This document shows positions 9,419 through 19,046 of a stretch of 64,000 bases of DNA, one piece after another. Each line of letters begins with the position of its first letter. Position 1 is the first letter of the stretch. The position numbers were made by a program, and so were the translations under genes. Under the pieces are notes generated by a model. That model saw only the letters and a program-made list of their open reading frames with translations, made no database searches and was not told the origin of the DNA. The DNA is taken from NCBI RefSeq assembly GCF_015058625.1, contig NZ_SVCA01000005.1; one strand, given 5' to 3'. The DNA comes from Selenomonas ruminantium. Lineage in GTDB: Bacteria; Bacillota; Negativicutes; Selenomonadales; Selenomonadaceae.

Positions 9419-10312
9419 TTGTTGTACTATATATTAAAGGGCATAAGTGTTTTGGTCTGTGCCCTGCCCCGCGGTCTCTGTGAAAAAATGGGCCGTGGCT
9501 TGGGAAATTTGGCGTGGCTGGTGATTCCACGCAAGCGCAAGCTGCTGGCCATAGGGCAGATAAAGATGTGCCTGGGTGCCGACGATGATGAGGCCTGCCG
9601 CATTGCCAAGGAAAGTACCGTGCGTTTTGGCCCCATGCTCTTTGAAGTTCTGCGCTTTCCGCTCATCAAGAAGCAGCCGGAAAATTATGTGCGCATTGAA
9701 GGCTTGGAAAAACTTCAGCAGGGAATGGCGGCAGGTAAGGGCGCTGTGATTGCGGCGTCCCATAGCGGCAACTGGGAGCTCATGGGCGGCGCTTTTGCCA
9801 TGGCGGGCATCCCTCTGGTGGGAGTGGCCATGAAGCAGAAGGATTCGGCTGCGGATAAATTTATCAATGAATACCGTACGCTGATTGGCATGCATATCAC
9901 TTACAAGACCGGCGTGCGGGAAATGTTTGCCATGCTGAAGAAAGGCTGGGCGATTGGCCTGATTATGGATCAGGACACCAACCGTCATGACGGCATTGTC
10001 CTGGATTTTTTCGGCAAGCCGACCAATACGACTCCGGGGGCAGCCTCGATGGCGCGTTTTCAGGGCGTGCCGATCTTTACATCCTTCATGCATCGGGATA
10101 AGGCAGGCTTCCATACATTAATTGTGGAAGGGCCTTTTTATGTGGAGAAGACGGCGGATAAGCGTGAAGATATCAACCGGACCACGCAGCTTATCAATAA
10201 TGCCATTGAGGCACATATAAGGAAATATCCGGAGGAATGGTTCTGGCTTCATGACCGGTGGAAATCCATTCGGGAGGAATATCGCGATACGGATTTTTCG
10301 AAGAGCGTATGA
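9419..10312 (+). CDS. Lipid A biosynthesis (Kdo2-lipid IVA) late acyltransferase, LpxL/LpxM (HtrB/MsbB) family
   Basis: TTG start. The acyltransferase signature HSGNWELMGG...GIPLVGV and the LIMDQD motif match the lauroyl/myristoyl acyltransferase family. It is embedded between lpxD and lpxC. Confidence 0.7.
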   Translation: MLYYILKGISVLVCALPRGLCEKMGRGLGNLAWLVIPRKRKLLAIGQIKMCLGADDDEACRIAKESTVRFGPMLFEVLRFPLIKKQPENYVRIEGLEKLQQGMAAGKGAVIAASHSGNWELMGGAFAMAGIPLVGVAMKQKDSAADKFINEYRTLIGMHITYKTGVREMFAMLKKGWAIGLIMDQDTNRHDGIVLDFFGKPTNTTPGAASMARFQGVPIFTSFMHRDKAGFHTLIVEGPFYVEKTADKREDINRTTQLINNAIEAHIRKYPEEWFWLHDRWKSIREEYRDTDFSKSV

Positions 10313-11160
10313 AGCTATCAGGAGGAATAGATTTGCAACAGACTACATTAGCGGCAGAGGCCAGCTATACTGGTATCGGACTGCATTCCGGCCGTGAGGT
10401 ACACATGGTGCTCAAGCCGGCTCCAGCGGATACAGGGTTGGTTTTTGTGCGCACGGATTTAGAGGGGCAGCCCCAAATTCATGCAACGGCATCTAATGTC
10501 ACTTCCACCATGCGGGCAACTACTGTGGAGGAAAATGGCTGCAAGGTGTTCACCATCGAGCATTTGATGAGTGCCTTTCATGCCCTGCGCATAGACAACT
10601 GCTATATTGAAATAGATGCCGAAGAACCGCCGGTGGCGGATGGTTCTTCGTTGGCATTCTTCCAGAAGATGAAGGATGCAGGTGTTAAGGAACTGGCGGC
10701 AGAGCGTAAGGAAATCGTCATCGATAAAGTTTATCGCATTGATGATGAGGAGTCTAACCGCTTTGTCATGGTGCTGCCCTATGATGGTTTCCGGGTGAGC
10801 TTTACTTCTGTAAATCCCCATAAGCTTATCGGCGTGCAGTATGAAAACTTTGAAATAAGCCCGGACATTTACGAACGGGAAATTGCACCGGCCCGCACGA
10901 TTGCGTATGAGCAGGAGATTGAAGCCCTGCGCAATATGGGACTGGGGCTTGGCGGTACGCTGGAGAGCGTTATCGTTTACAATGATAAAGGCTGGCTCAA
11001 TCCGCTTCACTTTGAGGACGAGCTGGTTCGTCATAAAATCCTGGATGTTATCGGCGACCTGCGTCTGGCAGGCCCTATTCGCGGCCATGTCATAGCGGTG
11101 GCCTCGGGACATGCGCTGAATACGAATTTAGCGAAAAAACTTGTGGAAAATTTGGGTTGA
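10309..11160 (+). CDS. lpxC: UDP-3-O-acyl-N-acetylglucosamine deacetylase LpxC
   Basis: ATG at 10309 overlaps the upstream stop (ATGA). Motifs include GIGLHSGREVHMVLKPAPADTGLVFVR, HLMSAFHALRIDNCYIEIDAEEPP and HKILDVIGDL. The listed ORF start at 10258 is an in-frame upstream extension. Confidence 0.85.
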   Translation: MKLSGGIDLQQTTLAAEASYTGIGLHSGREVHMVLKPAPADTGLVFVRTDLEGQPQIHATASNVTSTMRATTVEENGCKVFTIEHLMSAFHALRIDNCYIEIDAEEPPVADGSSLAFFQKMKDAGVKELAAERKEIVIDKVYRIDDEESNRFVMVLPYDGFRVSFTSVNPHKLIGVQYENFEISPDIYEREIAPARTIAYEQEIEALRNMGLGLGGTLESVIVYNDKGWLNPLHFEDELVRHKILDVIGDLRLAGPIRGHVIAVASGHALNTNLAKKLVENLG

Positions 11161-11199
11161 TATTTGGATAGAGAAATCTATTAGAAAGAGGGAATTACA

Positions 11200-11640
11200 A
11201 TGGTTTTGGAAATTACGGATATTATGAAGATTTTGCCGCATCGCCCGCCTATGCTGCTGGTGGATCGCATTGTGGAGATCGATCCGTTCAAATCGGCTAC
11301 GGGGATTAAGAATGTGACCATGAACGAGCCGTTTTTTGTAGGCCATTTTCCGGGACATCCCATTATGCCCGGTGTGCTGATTTTGGAAGCGATGGCACAG
11401 GTAGGCGGCGTGGCCATGCTCTATCCGGAAGAAAACAGGGGCAAGATTGCCATGTTCGGCGGCATGGAAAACATCAAGTTCAAGCGTCCGGTAGTGCCCG
11501 GCGACCAGCTGGTAACTAAGGCACATATCGTAAAGGTTCGCGGCGAATTCGGTTTGCTCCATTGCGATGGCTATGTAGATGACAAATTGGTTGCCTCTGC
11601 TGACTTTAAGTTTGCTATGAGAAAAGAAGAAAACATGTGA
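11200..11640 (+). CDS. fabZ: 3-hydroxyacyl-ACP dehydratase FabZ
   Basis: Hot-dog fold motifs LPHRPPMLLVDRIVEI and FFVGHFPGHPIMPGVLILEAMAQ are present. It has the classical position between lpxC and lpxA. Confidence 0.85.
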   Translation: MVLEITDIMKILPHRPPMLLVDRIVEIDPFKSATGIKNVTMNEPFFVGHFPGHPIMPGVLILEAMAQVGGVAMLYPEENRGKIAMFGGMENIKFKRPVVPGDQLVTKAHIVKVRGEFGLLHCDGYVDDKLVASADFKFAMRKEENM

Positions 11641-11811
11641 TTTTTACTGATAAACTGATGATAATCTTTGTTCAGCTCGGATAACGCCTGAATTTGCTGT
11701 CAGATAGAATGAGAGAATTAGAGGTCAGTTTGGGAGTATATAAAAAAGACAGAGCAAAGAGGCTGCTGATATTGTGGGGAGTCGGCAGATTGGTTATAAG
11801 GAGTTGTAGAG

Positions 11812-12627
11812 ATGAGCACGGAAAATATTAGTGCAGAAGCACAGATACATCCCACGGCGATTGTGGAAGAAGGAGCCAAAATCGCCGCTGGGGCCCAGAT
11901 TGGCCCCTATAGCGTAATCGGCAGCGATGTGGAAATTGGTGAGGGCACCATTATCGGTCCTCATGTAGTGGTCACAGGCTGGACGAAAATCGGTAAGGAA
12001 TGTCATATCTTTCAGGGCGCTTCCATCGGTGAAGTGCCGCAGGATTTGAAATTCAAGGGCGAAAAAAGCTTTACTTATATCGGCGACCGCACCGTTATCC
12101 GTGAGGGCGCTACGGTACATCGGGCTACCGGCGAAGGCGAGGAAACCCGTATTGGCAACGACTGCCTGCTGATGGCTTTGACCCATGTTGCTCATAACTG
12201 TGTGATTGGCAACCGGGTAATCATGTCCAATCTGGCCAGCCTGGCGGGGCACGCCATTGTGGAAGACCGGGCTGTTGTGGGTGGCATGACCGGTGTACAT
12301 CAGTTCGTCAAGATTGGCCGTAATGCCATGATTGGCGGTATGAGCCGTCTGACGCAGGATGTAGTGCCTTACACCATTGTGGCCGGACAGCCTGCCAAGG
12401 TGGCCGGGCTTAACAGTGTGGGCATTTCCCGGGCCGGCATTGAGCTGTCTGCCCGCCGCAGCCTGAAACAGGCATACCGGATTCTGTACCGTTCCGGTCT
12501 GAGCCTGCAGAAAGCGGTGGAGATTATCGAACAGGAAGTTGCTCCCTGTGAAGAAGTGGATCATCTCCTGCGCTTCCTGCGCAATGCCGATCGGGGCATT
12601 TGCCGGGAACGCCGGGACGATAAATGA
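11812..12627 (+). CDS. lpxA: Acyl-ACP:UDP-GlcNAc O-acyltransferase LpxA
   Basis: [13 protein letters not shown] is followed by hexapeptide repeats. The C-terminal helical domain is typical of LpxA. Confidence 0.85.
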   Translation: MSTENISAEAQIHPTAIVEEGAKIAAGAQIGPYSVIGSDVEIGEGTIIGPHVVVTGWTKIGKECHIFQGASIGEVPQDLKFKGEKSFTYIGDRTVIREGATVHRATGEGEETRIGNDCLLMALTHVAHNCVIGNRVIMSNLASLAGHAIVEDRAVVGGMTGVHQFVKIGRNAMIGGMSRLTQDVVPYTIVAGQPAKVAGLNSVGISRAGIELSARRSLKQAYRILYRSGLSLQKAVEIIEQEVAPCEEVDHLLRFLRNADRGICRERRDDK

Positions 12628-12655
12628 GGATTGTTTGTAGTTGCGGAGGTTTGTA

Positions 12656-13459
12656 ATGGAGCGGATTGGACTTTTGGCAGGCATTGGCGCCCTGCCGGTG
12701 GAGATTGCCAGGGCGGCCAAGGAGCTGGGCTATGAGGTCTATGCTGTGGCACTCTTGCCCGATACCGACCAGCGCCTGCGCGACTATGCCGATGACTATC
12801 AGGAAATCAACGTCCTGAAGGTGGGCAAGATTCTCAAGTATCTCAAGAAGAATGACATCCATAAGGTGACGATGATTGGCAAGGTTACCAAGGAAGTTCT
12901 GTTTGCCAAGAAAACATTGCCGGACTTGAAGGCCATGCAGATTCTTATGCGGGTGCCGGATAGGAAGGACGATACCATCATGCTGGCCATCATTGATGAG
13001 CTCAGGAAGATTGATGTGGAAACCTTTGATCAGACGGAACTCATCCGCAAGCTGATGCCAGGCAAGGGGGTTCTCACCAAACGCCAGCCTACGGAAGCCG
13101 AGCGAAAGGATATGGAGTTCGGCTTTCAGATGGCTAAGGAAATCGGCCGGATGGATGTGGGACAGACTGTGGTGGTCAAGGATATGGCTGTGATGGCTCT
13201 GGAAGCGATCGAAGGAACAGATGCTTGCATCCTGCGGGGCGGCAAACTGGCCGGTGGCAATGCTGTGGTGGCCAAGGTGGCCAAACCTCAGCAGGACAGC
13301 CGCTTTGATGTGCCCACGGTGGGGCTCAAGACCCTGCAGATGATGGTGGAAACCGGCGCTAAGGCACTGGCTATCGAAGCCGATGCTACTTTGTTGGTGG
13401 AGCGGGCAGAAGTTATCGCTCTGGCCGAAGCCAACGATATCACCATTATGGCTATGTAA
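12656..13459 (+). CDS. lpxI: UDP-2,3-diacylglucosamine hydrolase LpxI (DUF1009 family)
   Basis: ATG at 12656 has a GGAGGT RBS. The N-terminus MERIGLLAGIGALPVEIARAAKELGYEVYAVAL and overall length match the LpxI family. This family replaces LpxH in some lineages. Its position between lpxA and lpxB is the expected one. Confidence 0.7.
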   Translation: MERIGLLAGIGALPVEIARAAKELGYEVYAVALLPDTDQRLRDYADDYQEINVLKVGKILKYLKKNDIHKVTMIGKVTKEVLFAKKTLPDLKAMQILMRVPDRKDDTIMLAIIDELRKIDVETFDQTELIRKLMPGKGVLTKRQPTEAERKDMEFGFQMAKEIGRMDVGQTVVVKDMAVMALEAIEGTDACILRGGKLAGGNAVVAKVAKPQQDSRFDVPTVGLKTLQMMVETGAKALAIEADATLLVERAEVIALAEANDITIMAM

Positions 13460-13551
13460 GCGATACAGAGACGTTGGGGATGCAAAGATGTATGCCCAGC
13501 GTTTTTTATTTTTGCGTGTTTATGTGTGTCCGATAAGTGACGGTTTTGCTG

Positions 13552-13581
13552 TTGGCAAAACGGGTCTGTTTGCGCTATAAT
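13552..13581 (+). promoter_or_regulatory. Putative sigma-70 promoter (TTGGCA-18-TATAAT) upstream of lpxB
   Basis: TTGGCA is at 13552-13557 and TATAAT at 13576-13581. A T-rich hairpin-like stretch lies just upstream (13490-13520). Confidence 0.35.
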
Positions 13582-13618
13582 ATAGTTTGGTTTAATATTG
13601 AAATGAGGAGGACGACCC

Positions 13619-14761
13619 ATGAAGATTATGCTTTCCGCTGGTGAGGCATCCGGGGATGTGCATGGCGAAAATATTGCCCGGGCAATTCTGGCGATGTCAC
13701 CAGCCACGGAGCTTATTGGCTTCGGCGGCAGCCGCATGGAAGATGCCGGCGTGCGCCTGTGCCGGAATTTTGCCGATTACAGCGTAATGGGCGTATGGGA
13801 AGTCCTGGTGAATATCCGCCGCATCTGGAAACTCTTGAATGATTTGACGGAGTTTATGCGGGAAGAAAAGCCCGACATGCTGGTGCTTATCGATTATCCC
13901 GATTTCAACTGGCGGCTGGCCAAACGGGCCAAGTCTTTGGGGATACCCGTGTTCTCCTACATTCCGCCTTCGGCCTGGGCCTGGCGGAAGGGCAGGGCCA
14001 GGGATTGTGCGAAGATTGCCGATGAATTTATCGCCATCTTCCCCCATGAACTGCCGGTGTATGAGGCGGCCGGGGCAAAGATTTCCTTCGTGGGCAATCC
14101 GCTGGTGGATGCCGTACGGGCAGAAATGCCCCGGGAGAAGGCCCGTCGGTTCTTTCAGATGCCGGAGGATAAGACGGTGATTCTTCTGCTGCCCGGCAGC
14201 CGCAAGCAGGAGATTGAACTTCTGCTGCCATCCATGTTGGCGGGGACTAAAAAACTTTTGACCGAGAAGCCGGATACGGTATTCTATCTGCCGGTGGCCG
14301 ATACTGTGAGCCGTGAGCGGATTGAAGAGATGATTGCTGCTTCTGGCGTAGCGGTTACTTTGACCGCTGAAAAGCGTTACAGCCTTATGGCGGCAGCGGA
14401 TGCGGCCATGGCTACTTCTGGTACCGTGGTGATGGAGGCGGCACTTTTAGGGCTTCCTTGCGTGGTGCTCTACCGTTTGTCACCTGTGTCCTATGCTATT
14501 GGAAAGCTATTGGTGCATGTGGATAATTTCAGTCTGCCCAACATTCTCTTGAATGAAAGCTTCCAGCGGGAACTGCTGCAGGATGAAGTCACGCCGGAGA
14601 ATATTGCCGGCGAGCTCATGAAGCTCTATCCCGGTGAGGCCCATCGGCAGGAAGTGGTTGAGAAGCTGAAACTGGCCTGCCAGAAACTGGGAGCTCCTGG
14701 AGCGTCTCAGCGGGTAGCGGAACGGATTTTGAATGCAGCGCGGGAATTTACCGCTGAATAA
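13619..14761 (+). CDS. lpxB: Lipid-A-disaccharide synthase LpxB
   Basis: The N-terminus MKIMLSAGEASGDVHGENIARAI is the LpxB signature. It is a GT-B glycosyltransferase of about 380 aa. Confidence 0.85.
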   Translation: MKIMLSAGEASGDVHGENIARAILAMSPATELIGFGGSRMEDAGVRLCRNFADYSVMGVWEVLVNIRRIWKLLNDLTEFMREEKPDMLVLIDYPDFNWRLAKRAKSLGIPVFSYIPPSAWAWRKGRARDCAKIADEFIAIFPHELPVYEAAGAKISFVGNPLVDAVRAEMPREKARRFFQMPEDKTVILLLPGSRKQEIELLLPSMLAGTKKLLTEKPDTVFYLPVADTVSRERIEEMIAASGVAVTLTAEKRYSLMAAADAAMATSGTVVMEAALLGLPCVVLYRLSPVSYAIGKLLVHVDNFSLPNILLNESFQRELLQDEVTPENIAGELMKLYPGEAHRQEVVEKLKLACQKLGAPGASQRVAERILNAAREFTAE

Positions 14762-14778
14762 ATTAGTGAGGGAAATAC

Positions 14779-16524
14779 ATGAAGAATTATAAGCGGCTTC
14801 TGCAATATATCAGGCCCTATCTGAAACGCCTGGCACTGGCCATTGTCTGCATCGTGGTGGCAGCAGCCTGCAACCTCTACCTGCCTTGGATTATCAAGGA
14901 TATGGTGGATAAGGTGCTGGCTGAAAAGGATATGGTCATGCTGTACGTCATTTGCGTCAGCATTGTGGTGGTTTTCCTGATTCGCGGGATATTCTACTAC
15001 GGCCAGTCCTATCTGGTGTCCTATATCGGACAAAAAGTGGTTATCGACGTGCGGGAAGTGATGTTCCGCAAGTTCCAGCGCATGCCCATGGCCTATTTTG
15101 ACAAGCATCAGACTGGCGAGACCATGAGCTACATCACCAACGATGTGGCGGCGATCCAGTCGGCATTGGTGGACCAGCTGATTGAAATGGTCACGGAAGG
15201 TTCCATTTTGATTGGTTCCATTGCCATGATGATTTATCTGGACTGGAAACTCTCCCTGCTGACCTTGGTGGTTATCCCCTTGGTAGGTCAGGCCATGAAG
15301 ATTTTTGGCCGCAAGCTCAAGCGGAATGGCACGGTGATTCAGGAACGGGCCGCGGATATTACTTCCCTTTTACAGGAAAGTATTTCCTCTATTCGGGTGG
15401 TCAAGTCCTTTGTCCGTGAGGATTACGAAATCAAGCGGTTCATCGATCAGAACATCCTGAACTTCCAGGCAGCCATGAAGAATGTGCAGCTCACCAGCCT
15501 CTTGACGCCGACGGTGGAATTTTTGGCGGCGGTTTCCGTTACTTTCATTGTAGGCTTTGGTGGCTATGAAGTGGTCAACGGCCAGATGACGGCCGGTGCT
15601 TTGGTGGCCTTCCTGACCTATGCGGTCAATCTGGCGAACCCCGTAAAGCGTCTGGCCCGTGTTTACGGCAACCTGCAGCGGGCAATGGCCGCTGTGGACC
15701 GCGTATTTGCGGTAATCGACTTGCCGGAACCCATCAGCGATAAGGAAGATGCGAAATCCCTGCCGAAGATTCAGGGCCATGTGGAGGTCAAGAATGTGAC
15801 CTTTGGCTATAAGGAAGGGGTTAACGCGCTGGAAGATGTATCTCTGGATGTGAAGCCGGGGCAGATGATTGCTTTCGTGGGGCCCAGTGGTGCAGGCAAG
15901 TCTACCATCGCCAACCTGATTCCCCGCTTCTATGAGATTAACGGCGGTTCCATCTCCATTGACGGTTACGATATCCGGGATGTGAAGCTGGATTCCCTGC
16001 GGGAGCAGATTGGCATTGTACCGCAGGAAACCATGCTGTTTTCCACGACGGTTATGGAAAATATCCGTTACGGGCGGCTGGATGCCACGGACGAAGAGGT
16101 CATTGAGGCGGCCAAGGCGGCGAATGCCGACAGCTTCATTCGGGAACTGCCCCAGGGGTATGATACAACTATTGGGGAGCGGGGGCTGAATCTTTCCGGC
16201 GGCCAGCGCCAGCGCATGGCCATCGCCCGGGCAATCCTCAAGAATCCGCAGATTCTGATCTTGGACGAAGCCACTTCGGCTTTGGATACGGAAAGCGAAA
16301 AAATCGTACAGGCGGCTTTGGACAGCCTGATGGTGGGCAGAACTTCCTTTGTTATCGCTCATCGCCTGTCTACGATATTCAACGCCGACCAGATTTATGT
16401 TATTGATGGCGGCAGGATAAAAGAACACGGTACTCACGAGGAACTCTTGCAGCAGGGCGGCTTGTACAGCCACCTTTACAACATTCAGTTCGGCGGCGGT
16501 AACGTGGCAGCAGAAGGGGCATAA
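14779..16524 (+). CDS. msbA: Lipid A export ABC transporter MsbA (fused permease plus ATPase)
   Basis: Six TM helices are followed by an ABC ATPase with Walker A (GPSGAGKST), the signature LSGGQRQR, Walker B (ILILDEAT) and an H-loop. It is located within the lpx cluster. Confidence 0.8.
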   Translation: MKNYKRLLQYIRPYLKRLALAIVCIVVAAACNLYLPWIIKDMVDKVLAEKDMVMLYVICVSIVVVFLIRGIFYYGQSYLVSYIGQKVVIDVREVMFRKFQRMPMAYFDKHQTGETMSYITNDVAAIQSALVDQLIEMVTEGSILIGSIAMMIYLDWKLSLLTLVVIPLVGQAMKIFGRKLKRNGTVIQERAADITSLLQESISSIRVVKSFVREDYEIKRFIDQNILNFQAAMKNVQLTSLLTPTVEFLAAVSVTFIVGFGGYEVVNGQMTAGALVAFLTYAVNLANPVKRLARVYGNLQRAMAAVDRVFAVIDLPEPISDKEDAKSLPKIQGHVEVKNVTFGYKEGVNALEDVSLDVKPGQMIAFVGPSGAGKSTIANLIPRFYEINGGSISIDGYDIRDVKLDSLREQIGIVPQETMLFSTTVMENIRYGRLDATDEEVIEAAKAANADSFIRELPQGYDTTIGERGLNLSGGQRQRMAIARAILKNPQILILDEATSALDTESEKIVQAALDSLMVGRTSFVIAHRLSTIFNADQIYVIDGGRIKEHGTHEELLQQGGLYSHLYNIQFGGGNVAAEGA

Positions 16525-16529
16525 TAGTA

Positions 16530-19028
16530 ATGCAAATCCTCTACAACTTAGCGGCGATTCTGGTCGTCATATTGATTATACCGGTGTTTATGATACGCTC
16601 GGTCAGGGAAAAAGGTTTTGTGGAGCGTATCCGCCAGAGTCTGGGATTCTACCCGGTAGAGACTTTGGAAAAGGTGGCCAAAAAACACTGTATCTGGGTG
16701 CACGCGGCTTCCGTAGGTGAAATCGTAGCCACGAGTCCCCTGATTAAGGAATTTCATAAGGAATTTCCCAAGACGCCAATTCTGGTGTCTGTGGTTACCA
16801 CCAGCGGTTATGAAATGGCCAACCGCATCATCAAGGATGCGGATGCCATTATCTACTTCCCGCTTGACCTGCCGTTTTTGGCAGGCAGTGTCCTGCGGCG
16901 CATTCATCCCCGGGTATTCCTGCCTGTGGAAACGGAGCTCTGGCCGAACTTCTTGAAGACGGCCCGCAAGCTGCATATTCCGGTCATGATGGTCAATGGC
17001 CGTATCAGCGACCGCAGTGTGAAGCAGTACCGTTATCTGCGGAGCCTGCTCAGTGACATGATTGGCACGGTGACCAAGTTTGCCATGCAGTCCGACATTG
17101 ATGCGGATTACATCATGCGGTTGGGGGCGTCTCCGGAACTCGTGACGGTGACGGGCAATACCAAGTTTGACCAGACCTACACCGATGTCAGCCCGGAAGA
17201 AAAGGCAGCCATTATCCGCGAGATGGGGCTGGAAAAGGCCGAAGGTATTTTGCTGGCCGGTTCCACCCATCGCGGCGAAGAAGATTTCGTCCTCAAAGCC
17301 TTTAAGGCTGTGCGTGAGAAGCATAGCAAGGCCAAGTTGGTCATTGCGCCCAGAGAATTGCTTCGCACGCAGGAGGTCATTCATATCTGCAAGCGGGCCG
17401 GTTTTACGGTAACCACCCGCACCAAACAGCAGGAACAGGGGCCGCAGGATGCGGATATCGTGATTCTCGATACCATTGGCGAACTGGGCAAGGTTTACAG
17501 TGTTGGTGATGTGGTCTATGTCGGGGGCAGTCTGATTCCACATGGCGGCCACAATATTCTGGAGCCTGCAGCCCATGGCAAGGCCATTATCGTGGGCCAT
17601 TACATGTTCAACTTCAAGGATACCCATGCCTTGTTCAAGAAGCGCAATGCCTGCATCACGGTGAATAACGAACAGGAACTGGCGGCAGAGACTGTGCAGC
17701 TCTTTGATGATGCAGCACACCGCCATCAGCTCGAAGCGGAAACCCTGGCCATTGTGGGCGAAAATAAGGGCGCATCTCGCAAGTCGGCAATTATCCTGCG
17801 GGAAATGCTGGAATCCTATGAAAGCATTCCTGAGAACCGCCAGCGGGCCCGCTTTACCCAGAAGATTGACAACTTCCAGACCTACTTTATCGAGCTGGTA
17901 CATCTGAAGGAAGTAAACGGCTTTGGAGAGCATATCCTGACGGCGCTGCTCTACATCCTGTCGAAAATTTATGCGCTGCTGGTGGATTTCAAACTTTGGG
18001 GCTACCGCCATGGCCTGTTCAGCCGCAAGAAACTGGACTGCTTTGTCATCAGTCTGGGCAATGTCACCGTCGGCGGCACAGGCAAGACGCCGACTGCTCA
18101 GCGACTGGCCAGCGATATCCGCGATATGGGCTACAAGGTGGTCATTTTGAACCGCGGTTACCGGGCCAAGTGGCATGGTAAGGTCGGTATTGTTTCCGAT
18201 GGTGAGCGCCTTCATATGACGGCTGCTGATGCCGGTGACGAGGCCTTCATGCTGGCCAAGCACCTGCCGGAAGTGCCGGTGCTTATCGGCGCAGACCGTT
18301 CCGTTACGGGGCAGTACGCCGTTGAAAACTTCGGTGCCGAAGTAGCCATTCTGGATGATGGTTTCCAGCATTGGCAGCTCGAACGCGATATGGATATTCT
18401 GCTGGTGGATGCCGTCAATGTCTTTGGCAACGGCTATATGCTGCCACGCGGCACCCTGCGCGAACCCATCACCCATATCAGCCGTGCGGATGTATGCCTG
18501 CTGACCAAAGTGGACCAGGCGGCCGAGGGCTCGCGGGACTTTATTCGCGATACGGTACATCGTTACAACGAAGAGGCGCAGATTGTGGAAAGCATCCACC
18601 AGCCGCGGCGTTTTATCCCCCTGGCTGACTGGTATGTGGACATTGCCGGTGATGGCATCGATGTGAATCAGATGCGGGGCAAGCAGATTATGGCGGTATC
18701 CGCCATCGGCAATCCTGCCTCCTTTGAACAGACCTTGTCGGATTTGGGCACGGTGATTTTGGAAAGCCTGCGCTATCCCGACCATCACGACTACAGTATG
18801 CAGGAAATGGCTGACATCCTCCATCAGGCTGAACGCATGGGAGCAGAAGCCATTGTCATTACGGAAAAAGATGCGGTGAAGATTCCCATGGAAGTCATCC
18901 ATGCCGGCATCAAGATTCCCGTTTACGTCATCTGCGTGGAAGTGAACTTCCAGCAGGGCAAAGAAGAATTCAAAACATTGTTGTCCCAGCGTCTGGCAGA
19001 CAAACTGGGGCCGCGGACTGCAAAATAA
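16530..19028 (+). CDS. waaA-lpxK: Bifunctional fusion of Kdo transferase WaaA/KdtA (N-terminal, about 420 aa) and tetraacyldisaccharide 4'-kinase LpxK (C-terminal, about 400 aa)
   Basis: The N-terminus has WaaA motifs (CIWVHAASVGE, GT30 fold). From about residue 470 there is an LpxK P-loop (VISLGNVTVGGTGKTP) and the rest of the kinase domain, in one uninterrupted 832-aa ORF. Confidence 0.8.
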   Translation: MQILYNLAAILVVILIIPVFMIRSVREKGFVERIRQSLGFYPVETLEKVAKKHCIWVHAASVGEIVATSPLIKEFHKEFPKTPILVSVVTTSGYEMANRIIKDADAIIYFPLDLPFLAGSVLRRIHPRVFLPVETELWPNFLKTARKLHIPVMMVNGRISDRSVKQYRYLRSLLSDMIGTVTKFAMQSDIDADYIMRLGASPELVTVTGNTKFDQTYTDVSPEEKAAIIREMGLEKAEGILLAGSTHRGEEDFVLKAFKAVREKHSKAKLVIAPRELLRTQEVIHICKRAGFTVTTRTKQQEQGPQDADIVILDTIGELGKVYSVGDVVYVGGSLIPHGGHNILEPAAHGKAIIVGHYMFNFKDTHALFKKRNACITVNNEQELAAETVQLFDDAAHRHQLEAETLAIVGENKGASRKSAIILREMLESYESIPENRQRARFTQKIDNFQTYFIELVHLKEVNGFGEHILTALLYILSKIYALLVDFKLWGYRHGLFSRKKLDCFVISLGNVTVGGTGKTPTAQRLASDIRDMGYKVVILNRGYRAKWHGKVGIVSDGERLHMTAADAGDEAFMLAKHLPEVPVLIGADRSVTGQYAVENFGAEVAILDDGFQHWQLERDMDILLVDAVNVFGNGYMLPRGTLREPITHISRADVCLLTKVDQAAEGSRDFIRDTVHRYNEEAQIVESIHQPRRFIPLADWYVDIAGDGIDVNQMRGKQIMAVSAIGNPASFEQTLSDLGTVILESLRYPDHHDYSMQEMADILHQAERMGAEAIVITEKDAVKIPMEVIHAGIKIPVYVICVEVNFQQGKEEFKTLLSQRLADKLGPRTAK

Positions 19029-19046
19029 AAAGTAAGAGGGACCATT

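Noticed and set aside
10258-10308. Upstream in-frame extension of lpxC (listed ORF start 10258), and similar 5' extensions for murA (60387), ompM copies 2 and 3 (37272, 38840), lptA (23641), the TPM gene (33749) and lpxI (12641)
   Set aside because: In each case a downstream ATG with a good Shine-Dalgarno sequence and the canonical family N-terminus is present. The extensions overlap upstream genes or conserved leaders.
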